DNA of 54,836 bases, taken from NCBI GenBank assembly GCA_963930145.1, contig CAWVLM010000038.1, positions 1 to 54,836 of the forward strand, written 5' to 3'. The notes beneath the pieces are model-generated. The model was not told the DNA's origin. It ran no database searches and saw only the letters and a list, made by a program, of their open reading frames with translations. Positions 28,272 through 37,524 of the stretch are shown in pieces (position 1 is the stretch's first letter; each line of letters begins with the position of its first letter). The DNA comes from Clostridia bacterium. Its GTDB lineage: Bacteria; Bacillota; Clostridia; Christensenellales; UBA1242. A program made the translations under genes and the position numbers.

Positions 28272-29723
28272 ATGAACTGGTTTACAATAAGCTTCACGAT
28301 TGTTGTATGCATCAATTTTCTCCTTTCGATAGGTATGGTGTTCTATGAAAAACGCAAGCCAGAAAATATCATCGCATGGCTTACGGTGTTAACCTTTTTG
28401 CCAATCTTTGGTTTCCTATTATATGTTGTCTTTGGAAGTGGTTTAAGCGTAACCACACGCCGAATGATAAAAAAGAAATCAATTTCTGAGCGTGATATAA
28501 TCAGAAATATTGACGGTATACAAACGCTAGAAGAAGCAAAGCTTGACGGAATATTAAAAGACGATCAAGAGCTTGTCACGCTTTGCTATTCTTTTGGCTC
28601 TTATCCAATTCCTGGAAATGATATCAAGATATTCACAAACGGAATAGACAAAATAGAAGCACTAAAAAAAGATATCCTAAACGCAAAGCAGTCAATCAAT
28701 ATTCAATACTATATCTTCGCAAATGATAAAACAGGGAAAAGCATTATGGACCTTCTTTGCAAGCGTGCAAGAGAAGGAATAGATGTCAAACTTATGTATG
28801 ATTCAATAGGCTCAAGGAAAGCACCACGCCGCTTTTTTAAAAAACTTGAAAAGGCAGGCGGGCAGGTTGGCGAGTTTTTTCCGCCACTATTTCATATAAG
28901 AAATCTCAATTTAAAGCTCAACTATCGTAATCACAGAAAGATAGTTGTCATTGACGGAAGAATTGGCTATACAGGTGGCATGAATTTGCGTGACGACCAT
29001 ATGGGACTTGATAAAAAAATTAAGCCCTGGCGAGACACTCATATCAGAGTGGAAGGCAGCGGAGTCTATGCCTTGCAAAATAGTTTTCTAGATGACTGGC
29101 GATATTGCACGAATGATAATACTCCGCCAAAACTATATCTAGAAAACGGCTATTTTCCAAGCCCCCAAATTTGTGGGACAGCTACCGTGCAATTTATTTC
29201 GTCTGGACCAGATAGCCAAGTGCAAAAGATAAAAGAGACCTTTGTAAAAATGATAACAAACGCAAAGAAGCGTGTTTATATTCAAACGCCTTACTTTATT
29301 CCAGACGATGTATTTTTTGCAGCAATTCGTATCGCTGTAAATAGCGGAATAGACGTGCGTGTGATGGTTCCAAGCGTTCCAGATAAAAAAACAGTATATC
29401 TTGCCACACTTTCTTATTTAAAGGAAGTGGCAGATATGGGGGTTAAAGCATATCTCTATAATGGCTTTTTGCATAGCAAAACTATTTTAGTTGATGACAA
29501 TAAACTCTCCGTTGGCACTTGCAACACTGACAACCGCTCCTTTGGGCTCAATTTTGAAAACACTATGATAATATATTCAGAAAGCTTAAATAAAGAGTAT
29601 TTTAATATATTTAATAATGATATCAAAAGTTCACAAGAAGTAAACAGTGAATTTTTCAAGAAAAAACGTTGGATAACAAAGATGCTGCAAGCAGTTATGC
29701 GTCTATTATCATCATTATTCTAA
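28272..29723 (+). CDS. cls: Cardiolipin synthase (PLD superfamily)
   Basis: Two N-terminal TM helices. Two HKD motifs (HRKIVVIDG...GGMN and HSKTILVDD...GTCNTDNRS). Confidence 0.92.
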   Translation: MNWFTISFTIVVCINFLLSIGMVFYEKRKPENIIAWLTVLTFLPIFGFLLYVVFGSGLSVTTRRMIKKKSISERDIIRNIDGIQTLEEAKLDGILKDDQELVTLCYSFGSYPIPGNDIKIFTNGIDKIEALKKDILNAKQSINIQYYIFANDKTGKSIMDLLCKRAREGIDVKLMYDSIGSRKAPRRFFKKLEKAGGQVGEFFPPLFHIRNLNLKLNYRNHRKIVVIDGRIGYTGGMNLRDDHMGLDKKIKPWRDTHIRVEGSGVYALQNSFLDDWRYCTNDNTPPKLYLENGYFPSPQICGTATVQFISSGPDSQVQKIKETFVKMITNAKKRVYIQTPYFIPDDVFFAAIRIAVNSGIDVRVMVPSVPDKKTVYLATLSYLKEVADMGVKAYLYNGFLHSKTILVDDNKLSVGTCNTDNRSFGLNFENTMIIYSESLNKEYFNIFNNDIKSSQEVNSEFFKKKRWITKMLQAVMRLLSSLF

Positions 29724-29804
29724 AAATGTTAATGGTTAAAAATAAGCTTGCAAAATGAAAAATCTTAAAAATCATAATATAAGTGTTTGAAATTATTAAA
29801 CAAC

Positions 29805-29841
29805 AAAAAAGATTAAATGCAAAAACATTTAATCTTTTTTT
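29805..29841. terminator. Bidirectional terminator between convergent genes
   Basis: AAAAAAGATTAAATG-CAAAAA-CATTTAATCTTTTTT, a 15-bp stem with A/T runs on both sides. It overlaps the last codons of the minus-strand gene. Confidence 0.65.
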
Positions 29842-31082
29842 ACTCGCCCTATTGTTGTATTATCTTCTTTCCTACTTCTTAAACTTTTGACGGGATGCTC
29901 CTTGTCTTGCAATCTATAGTCAGTTTTAAACTGCTTTATATGATTTTCAATCACAAGATGAGAAGGCATAGTTAAAACATCTTTAATAACTTTCTTTTGA
30001 TATTCAAAGAAGCGGGCATTGTCTGGCAGTTTGTTAACAGCACAATAATTTTCTAGGTCGCAGGTGTTACAAACTGTCTCTGAAAGAACTTTTCTAATAT
30101 ATTCCTTTTGCGGTGCAAAGGCAATAAGCTCAGGGAATTCGCCATTTGGCAACACGTCAAACCAATCTTTGTTTTCATATTTTCTTACAATTTCAAGTGC
30201 AAAGTGCAAGTGTGCAAGCTCTTGTTCAAAAAGCATTTCCCAAATTTGCTTTATGTGCGGGTCACTTTCGTTATTATACATGCTGTAATAAAGATAACAT
30301 TCAATATATTCATGCATCAAAATATCGTCAAGCATCGTCATGGATGGGTCTATAAGTGAGCCATACTGTGAAACGTGCTCTTCTTCAACCATTGCAATTT
30401 CACTATATATTTCTCGCCCTTTTTGATTTTTATAGAATGAGCCTAAATTCATATAATAATTCATTGTCTGCTGCTCGGCTGCAGTTATAATTGAGACATC
30501 ACATTTAGTGATAGGGTCGGCAGACATATTGCTGATTGGCTTTTTGATATTGTCATAAGGATGGCGGTGATGTGCCACTGTCGGTCTGCTCGGCATGATT
30601 TCAGTGTACGAGCCAATATATTTTTCTGCATGCTCGCCCATATCAGTTTCAAGAAGATTTGCATACCTATAAAGGTGGTCGAAGTCTTCAAGCAAAGCAA
30701 AGTCTAATGCATTTTTAACGAAACTATTGGTTTGTCTTTGAGCAAGTATAGCGGTAAGGTCAACAGCAAGCTGTTCATAGCCCAACGTTGTTTGCAAAAT
30801 GTTTTCGTCAATAGGCTTTAGCGTTGAGATGAGTTTTTGCTGCTGCTGTTCACAATTTCTGATAAGCCCGATAGCACGCCTTATATCATTGTTTCCACAA
30901 TGTCTATTTAAGTGATGTTTAGACCACACCGCTTCATACTCAGTTCCGTTCATAAGAATGCATCTCACACGCGTATAAGGGTCAACTTCATCTTTATTGT
31001 ATGGTTTAGGTGCAAGCATTTTAAAATTCATAATAGTGCTTTCAATTTTCTTTGGTTTTGCTAAAAATGGGTTAAAACTCAT
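29829..31082 (-). CDS. Ferritin-like di-iron carboxylate protein (function unknown)
   Basis: The ATG at 31082 has a GGAGG RBS 7 nt upstream. ExxH motifs (EEEHVSQY, EQELAHLH) plus upstream Glu-containing helices suggest a four-helix di-iron site. Confidence 0.6.
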   Translation of the reverse strand: MSFNPFLAKPKKIESTIMNFKMLAPKPYNKDEVDPYTRVRCILMNGTEYEAVWSKHHLNRHCGNNDIRRAIGLIRNCEQQQQKLISTLKPIDENILQTTLGYEQLAVDLTAILAQRQTNSFVKNALDFALLEDFDHLYRYANLLETDMGEHAEKYIGSYTEIMPSRPTVAHHRHPYDNIKKPISNMSADPITKCDVSIITAAEQQTMNYYMNLGSFYKNQKGREIYSEIAMVEEEHVSQYGSLIDPSMTMLDDILMHEYIECYLYYSMYNNESDPHIKQIWEMLFEQELAHLHFALEIVRKYENKDWFDVLPNGEFPELIAFAPQKEYIRKVLSETVCNTCDLENYCAVNKLPDNARFFEYQKKVIKDVLTMPSHLVIENHIKQFKTDYRLQDKEHPVKSLRSRKEDNTTIGRVKKD

Positions 31083-31287
31083 AAATATTCCTCCAACAAA
31101 GAGTTTACCCAATTTTATTTTTTTCATACTGAAGTGATGCATATTTCTTTCAAAACGCATTTTTTTAGATATGTCTATAGTTCTGTGTGATAATTTTAAC
31201 TTTTGCTAGTTTCAATTAAGTTTGATACTAAAAAGCTATCAATCTATTAAATTTGTCAATTTTTACACTATCAATGTCTTTATAAAT

Positions 31288-31319
31288 AAAACATGGACTA
31301 TTTTCCTAGCCCATGTTTT
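31288..31319 (-). terminator. Hairpin terminator after the lipoprotein gene
   Basis: AAAACATGG ... CCATGTTTT, a 9-bp stem. Confidence 0.45.
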
Positions 31320-31338
31320 TGTTTAAAATTATGATTTT

Positions 31339-32331
31339 TTAACCCCCAATTTGTCCGCTTTCTACACTATCAATAGGTGGATAGCTTTCTTCGTTAAGGT
31401 CAGCAGGGTAATCAAATTCACCATCGTAACCAATCATATTAAGTTCTACATTTCCTTTAATATTAACAGGCATTGGTTCTTGTCCTTCTTGCATGGTGAC
31501 TGCAATAGTCATGTCAACATTTCCTGTAACGTTTACACCTACAAGTCCTTCATCATTGCATACAACATAAATAATTATGTCGCCAAATGAGTTAAAGGTT
31601 AAAGTAGATGCAAGTTCAGGATTGTTTTCAGCAATCAAAGATGGAACAAACTCTTGCATAAATTCGCCATTCAAAGTTACTTTAACTTTATAGTCATTTT
31701 CGCTTTCACTTGTTTCAAGTAAGAATCCTGTTCCGTAAACTTCTTCAGGAATATATTGTAAAACGCTTGTAATATCAAATGTAGGTATTTCAGTTACATC
31801 TTGACTTGGGTCACCAGTAGCAAGTTTTTGAGAAAACTTAAGACTAGGCAACTGAGAACTTAATCCTAAATTTGCCAAAACCTCTTCAGCATCAGAAAGG
31901 TTAACATACATTGAGCCTTGTGTTAAATACATATAAGCCGAGCCGTTAGCTTTCATAACCTCGTCACCAGCACTTGTTGTCATGCTGATATCATGTTTTC
32001 CAAGCAAATCAAAGTAGTTTACATCAACGCCGCTTTCAGAGCTGTTTTTAACTTGAAGGCTAGAGGCAAGTTCAACATTCATTTTTACGTCACCCATGTC
32101 AATATCAGCCCCTAAATCTAAGGTAAGTTTTGCACCGCCAAGCAAGTTTTCGCTAGTCAAGCCCCTTGTTTGCAAGTCACTAAGCACATTTGCATATTCA
32201 GTCGTCTCAACAGCCGCATAGTCGCCTTTGGTGTCCACATTTATTTCTTTGTCTCCACCGCATGCAGTCATAACCAAAGCACAAGGAACGATTGCCAAAC
32301 TAAGAGCTGCAGCCTTTAAAAATTTTTTCAT
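31339..32331 (-). CDS. Lipoprotein of unknown function
   Basis: The ATG at 32331 has a GGAGGAAAA RBS. Signal peptide MKKFLKAAALSLAIVPCALVMTAC|GG with a lipobox Cys. Confidence 0.8.
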   Translation of the reverse strand: MKKFLKAAALSLAIVPCALVMTACGGDKEINVDTKGDYAAVETTEYANVLSDLQTRGLTSENLLGGAKLTLDLGADIDMGDVKMNVELASSLQVKNSSESGVDVNYFDLLGKHDISMTTSAGDEVMKANGSAYMYLTQGSMYVNLSDAEEVLANLGLSSQLPSLKFSQKLATGDPSQDVTEIPTFDITSVLQYIPEEVYGTGFLLETSESENDYKVKVTLNGEFMQEFVPSLIAENNPELASTLTFNSFGDIIIYVVCNDEGLVGVNVTGNVDMTIAVTMQEGQEPMPVNIKGNVELNMIGYDGEFDYPADLNEESYPPIDSVESGQIGG

Positions 32332-32465
32332 ATTTTCCTCCTTATCTATTAAAATTATATCATCTACCAAGATATTTGTCAAACATATTTTTCTTTTATA
32401 TCTAATTTTGTCCAATTTTTTTGTATTGCTTGATAAAATCTACTAAATGTTCTATTATTGTATAT

Positions 32466-34673
32466 ATGAAACATTTGGAAATAATATCACCTAAAAATTT
32501 AGAAATCTTGTCACCTGCAGGCAACTTTGCAAGCTTAAAAAGTGCAATATATAATGGTGCCGATGCTGTATATTTGGGTTTAAATAGCTTCAGTGCAAGG
32601 GGAAATATAGAAAATTTCACACATGAAAATTTGAAAGCTGCTGTAGATTTTGCCCATCTTTATAGCGTTAAAGTCTATTTGACCTTAAATACACTGATAA
32701 AAGATAGCGAATTTGACGATGTACTCAAAAGCGTAAAGGCTGCACTAGAAGCAGGCGTTGATGCGTTTATTGTGCAAGATATAGGGCTGTGCTATTTTTT
32801 AAGGCAGAATTTTCCAAATATTGAACTTCACGCAAGCACACAGATGGGTATTCAAAATATAGAAGGCGTGAATGCTATTGAGCCCTTAGGTTTTTCAAGA
32901 GTTGTTCTTGCAAGAGAAACTCCACTAAGTGAGATAAGACGAATAAAAGAAAATAGCAGCATTGAAATAGAATATTTTGTTCAAGGAGCCTTATGTGTGG
33001 CATATTCAGGCAACTGCTATCTTTGCTCGCTACTTGCAGGTAGTAGTGGCAACAGGGGAAAGTGCAAACAGTTTTGTCGTCTTAAATATAGCCTTTTTTC
33101 TGACACTCAAAACCGTCAAGGCTATCTTTTAAGCACAAAGGATTTTTGTATGCTACCAAAACTAAAACAGCTCGCTTTAAATGGAGTTACAAGTTTTAAA
33201 ATTGAAGGCAGGGCAAGACGAGAAAGTTATGTGGCAGTTGCAACAAATATATATAGAAAGGCAGTTGATAATGACTTTAAATATACAAATGAAGATATAA
33301 GGTCACTTATGAAAGTGTATAATCGCGGAAATTTTATAAGTGGTTATTTTGCGGATGAAAATATCATCTACCCATACGCACAAAACCATATAGGTATAAA
33401 GATTGGCAGGGTGATAAATTTTAAAAAGGGCAAAAAGTTTAACGAAGTGACCATAGAGACAAATCATAAGCTTAAACGAGGCGATGTTGTTAAATTTTTT
33501 GTTAATAATATTGAACAAGGTATCATAACACTTGTAGACATCAAAAAATTGTCAGATAACACCTATCTTGTCTCCACTACGGCAAACTTGCCAAATAGCA
33601 GCGAAGTGAGACTTGTTGTTGACAGTGAATTTGAAAATAAATATCTAAATAATGTCAAAAAAATTGGAGTAGATGCATATTTGTCAGCTCACATCAATCA
33701 AAAAGTAAAATTGGAGCTGTCTTTTAAAGACATTTCTGTCACTATTGAGAGTGAATATCTAGCACCTCAAGCTAAGACTTTATCCTTGACCTATAATGAT
33801 GCATTTGCACAGCTATCCAAAATGGGTGAAAATTTCACTTTAAAATCATTAAAATTAGATGTAGAAAATGTTTTTTTAACAAAATCCGAGTTAAACGAGT
33901 TAAGAAGAATAGGTATTGAAAAATTAAAAAATAAAATTATAGAAAATTATAATAAAATAAATAAAATAGCTGAAAAATCAAAATATATTCAAAAAAATAT
34001 AGAAATAATTGATAAAAAAACAAAAAATAAAGATATTTTAATATTTGATGATTTTAATAAATTAAATAATATTCATAATTTAAATGAATTTTTATTGATT
34101 TATGCTTCTTATGATTTTAACGAAAATATAATAAAAAATCTTTATGATAAACATCAAAATCTAAACATTTATCTTTCACTTCCTGTTCTTGTAAATGAAA
34201 ATGAGCTAAAAAAACTAAAAAATATAATTTTTTATTGTCAAAACTGGGGAATAGTTGCAAACAACTATTATGCACTAGACCTTTGCGACAGGTCAAAGAT
34301 AATTTTAGGCAGTAATATGAATGTTTTTAATAGCTATGCTGTAAAATACTATGCAGAGCAGGGCTATAAAGAGATAATTTTATCAAAAGAAGATTTTGAT
34401 ATAGAAACAATAAAAAATAGCGATATAAATCTATATTGCATGTCAAACTATCGCCCAGAGTACATGTATTTTAGACACTGCCCATATAAAGAATTTTTGC
34501 AAAGCAGATGCGATAAGTGTAAGGCTAATTTCCCTGACCTAACCTATAAATTAAACAATCAAAAATTTATTTTAAAAAGACAAAAAATTATTACTTGTCA
34601 ATTTATTTTAAAAGCATCAAATACTATAACTAGAAATGTGCCAAACACAATAAATAAAGTTATAGAATTATAA
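32466..34673 (+). CDS. Peptidase U32 family protein (long form with a K/N-rich insert)
   Basis: LEILSPAGNFASLKSAIYNGADAVYLG and EYFVQGALCVAYSGNCYLCS, typical of the U32 family. ATG at 32466 (MKHLEII). Confidence 0.85.
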   Translation: MKHLEIISPKNLEILSPAGNFASLKSAIYNGADAVYLGLNSFSARGNIENFTHENLKAAVDFAHLYSVKVYLTLNTLIKDSEFDDVLKSVKAALEAGVDAFIVQDIGLCYFLRQNFPNIELHASTQMGIQNIEGVNAIEPLGFSRVVLARETPLSEIRRIKENSSIEIEYFVQGALCVAYSGNCYLCSLLAGSSGNRGKCKQFCRLKYSLFSDTQNRQGYLLSTKDFCMLPKLKQLALNGVTSFKIEGRARRESYVAVATNIYRKAVDNDFKYTNEDIRSLMKVYNRGNFISGYFADENIIYPYAQNHIGIKIGRVINFKKGKKFNEVTIETNHKLKRGDVVKFFVNNIEQGIITLVDIKKLSDNTYLVSTTANLPNSSEVRLVVDSEFENKYLNNVKKIGVDAYLSAHINQKVKLELSFKDISVTIESEYLAPQAKTLSLTYNDAFAQLSKMGENFTLKSLKLDVENVFLTKSELNELRRIGIEKLKNKIIENYNKINKIAEKSKYIQKNIEIIDKKTKNKDILIFDDFNKLNNIHNLNEFLLIYASYDFNENIIKNLYDKHQNLNIYLSLPVLVNENELKKLKNIIFYCQNWGIVANNYYALDLCDRSKIILGSNMNVFNSYAVKYYAEQGYKEIILSKEDFDIETIKNSDINLYCMSNYRPEYMYFRHCPYKEFLQSRCDKCKANFPDLTYKLNNQKFILKRQKIITCQFILKASNTITRNVPNTINKVIEL

Positions 34674-34700
34674 AATAGGGACTCTAATCCCTATTTTTTA
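34674..34700 (+). terminator. Intrinsic terminator after the U32 gene
   Basis: AATAGGGA-CTCTAA-TCCCTATT followed by TTTTT. Confidence 0.65.
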
Positions 34701-34716
34701 TTATATTTAATTATTT

Positions 34717-35142
34717 TTATAGTTCTTTGCCACAATATTGACAAAATTTACTATCAGCGTCAATTTGTTTTCCACAATGTTTGCAATATTTTTTCTCTTC
34801 TGTTAAAGCCTCTTGCACGCCTTCCACAGCGGCCTTTGATATGGTTTTCACGCCTTGACTTGCAATGTCACTTTGAACTATCGTGATATCTTTAAGGTCT
34901 TGCTGACTATCCAAGATAACTTGCTTATTCATTTTAATCAGCCCCTTTTGTAAAAGCGGAAGAAGTGTTATCAAAGTTACCATAAAGCCTATAGTTATCG
35001 CAAAGCTTCCGCATATCACTAGTGCAGGAGAGACGTCGTCAAGTGTTGAATTTACAATAATCATGGCAATACCACCTAGCATGACAATTCCAGCAATTAT
35101 TCTTGCGACAACGATGCCGCTTATTTTTTTCTTATTGCTCAT
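34717..35142 (-). CDS. Membrane protein with a C-terminal zinc ribbon
   Basis: The ATG at 35142 has an AAAGGAG RBS. Two TM helices. The C-terminal CKHCGKQIDADSKFCQYCG is a double CxxC zinc ribbon. Confidence 0.7.
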   Translation of the reverse strand: MSNKKKISGIVVARIIAGIVMLGGIAMIIVNSTLDDVSPALVICGSFAITIGFMVTLITLLPLLQKGLIKMNKQVILDSQQDLKDITIVQSDIASQGVKTISKAAVEGVQEALTEEKKYCKHCGKQIDADSKFCQYCGKEL

Positions 35143-35262
35143 ATTTTGCTCCTTTAGTGATATTATGTCAAAACTAAATAAAAAAGTCAACAAAAACAAA
35201 AAATAAAGTAGTTTTATTTTTTATTTATATATTTTTATGATATAATAAGCAAGGGAGAAAAA

Positions 35263-35640
35263 ATGAAAAAATTAGTTTTTTTAAAATGCAATGTATGCGG
35301 CAATGTGGCTGTAAAACTTGTAGATAAAGGCGTTCCACTTTTTTGCTGCGGACAAATGATGCAGGAAGTCGACGTCAACTCTGTTGACGCAGCGGTTGAA
35401 AAACACCTTCCAGTTGTAGAGCAAAATGGCAGGGTTTTACATATTAAAGTTGGCGAAGTTGCACATCCAATGACAACAGAACACTATATTTCACATATAG
35501 TTATTCTAACAGATAAAGGCTATTACATAAGAGAACTTACTCCGCTTGATAAACCTGAAATGGCTTACACATTATCAGCGGATGAGAAACTCGATAGAGT
35601 TTATTCAATATGTAATCTTCATGGAATTTGGAGCAGATAA
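35263..35640 (+). CDS. dfx: Desulfoferrodoxin (2Fe superoxide reductase)
   Basis: N-terminal desulforedoxin Cys pattern CNVCGN...CCGQ. Centre II ligands in EKHLP, HPM, EHYISH and CNLHG. 125 aa. GGGAGA RBS. Confidence 0.9.
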   Translation: MKKLVFLKCNVCGNVAVKLVDKGVPLFCCGQMMQEVDVNSVDAAVEKHLPVVEQNGRVLHIKVGEVAHPMTTEHYISHIVILTDKGYYIRELTPLDKPEMAYTLSADEKLDRVYSICNLHGIWSR

Positions 35641-35649
35641 AGGAGAAAA

Positions 35650-36015
35650 ATGGCAAAAATTAAGTCAAAAAAACAAAATATCGGTATTTTTGCAATAATT
35701 TTTTTGCTCGTGCTTGGTGGTGTTGCTGGGGTTTTTACAGCAAAACATATAACTCGCAACGATGTTTTTGAGATAATTGGCGAGCAAACCATCACCTTAA
35801 GCGTGGGTGAAACTTATCAAGATGAAGGTGCAAAAGCGGTATCTTTTGGCAAGGACATCTCGTCAAAGATAGTCAGTGAAAATAATATTGATTATTTAGC
35901 TGTTGGCACCTATTATATAAGATACACCGTTGATGATATAAGATATCGCGGCATAGAGCGGTATAGGGTTATTATTATTGAAGCGTCAAGCGAGGTGAGC
36001 GATGAAGGTGTTTAA
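35650..36015 (+). CDS. Membrane-anchored protein with a bacterial Ig-like (DUF5011-type) domain
   Basis: N-terminal TM, then ITLSVGETYQDEGAKAV...DYLAVGTYYIRYTV, which is typical of Ig-like DUF5011 domains. AAAGGAG RBS. Confidence 0.65.
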   Translation: MAKIKSKKQNIGIFAIIFLLVLGGVAGVFTAKHITRNDVFEIIGEQTITLSVGETYQDEGAKAVSFGKDISSKIVSENNIDYLAVGTYYIRYTVDDIRYRGIERYRVIIIEASSEVSDEGV

Positions 36016-37132
36016 GTGGCTTGGCGGGTTTTTTCTTGCCTTAATAATTCTTGCAATAGGGTTTGCAGCTGGCTTTGCGATTGATATTTTTATTATTGAC
36101 AAACCGAAAACAGAAACCTTTATAAGCGGTGATTTATCAATACACTTTTTGCAACTTGGAAATAAATACACAGGCGACAGCGTTTATATTAAGTGTGGCG
36201 AAAATGACATATTGATAGATGCAGGCTCTCGCAATGACTCTTCATCCACAATTATAGACTATGTTGACGAGTATGTCACCGATAACACTCTTGAATATGT
36301 GATTGCAACGCATGGGCATGAAGACCATATTGCGGCATTCTATAGCGAGGCAGACAGAACAGGAATATTTGACTACTATCAAGTTGAAAATATAATTGAT
36401 TTTCCACTTACAAACAGCAGTGCAACATCAAGAACTGTTGTAGGTAAATACTATGCTGCTCGTGACAAAGAAATCGCGGAAGGAGCAAATCACTGGACTG
36501 CACTTGAGTGCTATAACAACGAAAATGGTGCAAGCAGGGTGATACAGCTTTCTAGTGATGTCGAACTTGAGATTTTATATAATTATTATTATGACCACAC
36601 TCAATCATCAGGCGAAAATGACTATTCAGTGTGTGTTATGATAAATCAAGGCGACAACCATTATCTTTTCACTGGCGACCTTGAAAAGCGGGGAGAAGAA
36701 AGGCTTGTTGAATATTATGCAGAAAACCACGGCGGACTTCCACATTGCGTATTGTATAAAGCAGGGCATCACGGCTCAAAAACTTCAAGTTGCCCTTTAC
36801 TTATGGAGACAATCACGCCTGAATATGTTTGCGTATGCTGCTGTGCGGGAACAAGCGAATATACCGACAATCCAGAAAATCAATTTCCAACGCAGGAGTT
36901 TATCGATAATGTTGCTCCATACACAGACAACGTCTACGTCACATCAATGGTAGATAATTATGTCGATAAAGCTGATTTTTCAGCACTTGGCACGGTAAAA
37001 CCCATGAATGGCAATATAGTTTTCACCGTTTCAGGCAATACCATAACAATAGAATTTAGCGATAGCGACCTAAAACTGAAAGATAGCGATTGGTTTAAAA
37101 ATAACCGAACTTGTCCATCAACTTGGCAATAA
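36002..37132 (+). CDS. Membrane-anchored MBL-fold hydrolase (ComEC C-terminal-domain-like)
   Basis: HGHEDH metal motif, downstream GHHGS, N-terminal TM. Overlaps the previous gene by 14 nt. Confidence 0.75.
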   Translation: MKVFKWLGGFFLALIILAIGFAAGFAIDIFIIDKPKTETFISGDLSIHFLQLGNKYTGDSVYIKCGENDILIDAGSRNDSSSTIIDYVDEYVTDNTLEYVIATHGHEDHIAAFYSEADRTGIFDYYQVENIIDFPLTNSSATSRTVVGKYYAARDKEIAEGANHWTALECYNNENGASRVIQLSSDVELEILYNYYYDHTQSSGENDYSVCVMINQGDNHYLFTGDLEKRGEERLVEYYAENHGGLPHCVLYKAGHHGSKTSSCPLLMETITPEYVCVCCCAGTSEYTDNPENQFPTQEFIDNVAPYTDNVYVTSMVDNYVDKADFSALGTVKPMNGNIVFTVSGNTITIEFSDSDLKLKDSDWFKNNRTCPSTWQ

Positions 37133-37173
37133 AATTTTAATACAATTTCTCCAAACTTTAATTGTTTTTAAAG

Positions 37174-37210
37174 ATTGTTAATTAAAAATTCATTAACAAT
37201 TTTTTTTTTA
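37174..37210 (+). terminator. Intrinsic terminator of the MBL hydrolase operon
   Basis: ATTGTTAAT-TAAAAATTC-ATTAACAAT, a 9-bp stem followed by T9. Confidence 0.75.
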
Positions 37211-37318
37211 TATTTCAATGTGTTTAGCGTTGTTCTTTTAAGTTAATTTAGAATTTGTAAGGTTTATATGAAATATTTGCAAGTGAATCACAATGGCTAA
37301 ATTTGTATGCATACTATA

Positions 37319-37414
37319 CACGCGAATGGGAGAGCTTTTTGTAAACCAAAAAGCTCTCCAAAAGGCACAAAAGTGCCTTTTACAAACTCTCGCGAGAGTT
37401 TGTTCATTCGCGTG
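37319..37414. other. Four-way-junction 'cloverleaf' module A (96 nt)
   Basis: A 10-bp outer stem encloses three contiguous hairpins of 12, 9 and 11 bp. Pairings were verified base by base (see findings). Confidence 0.7.
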
Positions 37415-37490
37415 CAAATTTTTATAAATAACTACTATATAATATTCATTAAAAAAATTTAAAAATTTTTAAAAAAATTGTTAAATTTGC

Positions 37491-37518
37491 TTGACACGCG
37501 TTGCGGGGGGGGTAAACT
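37491..37518 (+). promoter_or_regulatory. Promoter with a G8 tract in the spacer
   Basis: TTGACA (37491-37496), 16-nt spacer CGCGTTGCGGGGGGGG, TAAACT (37513-37518). Confidence 0.5.
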
Positions 37519-37524
37519 AATAGC

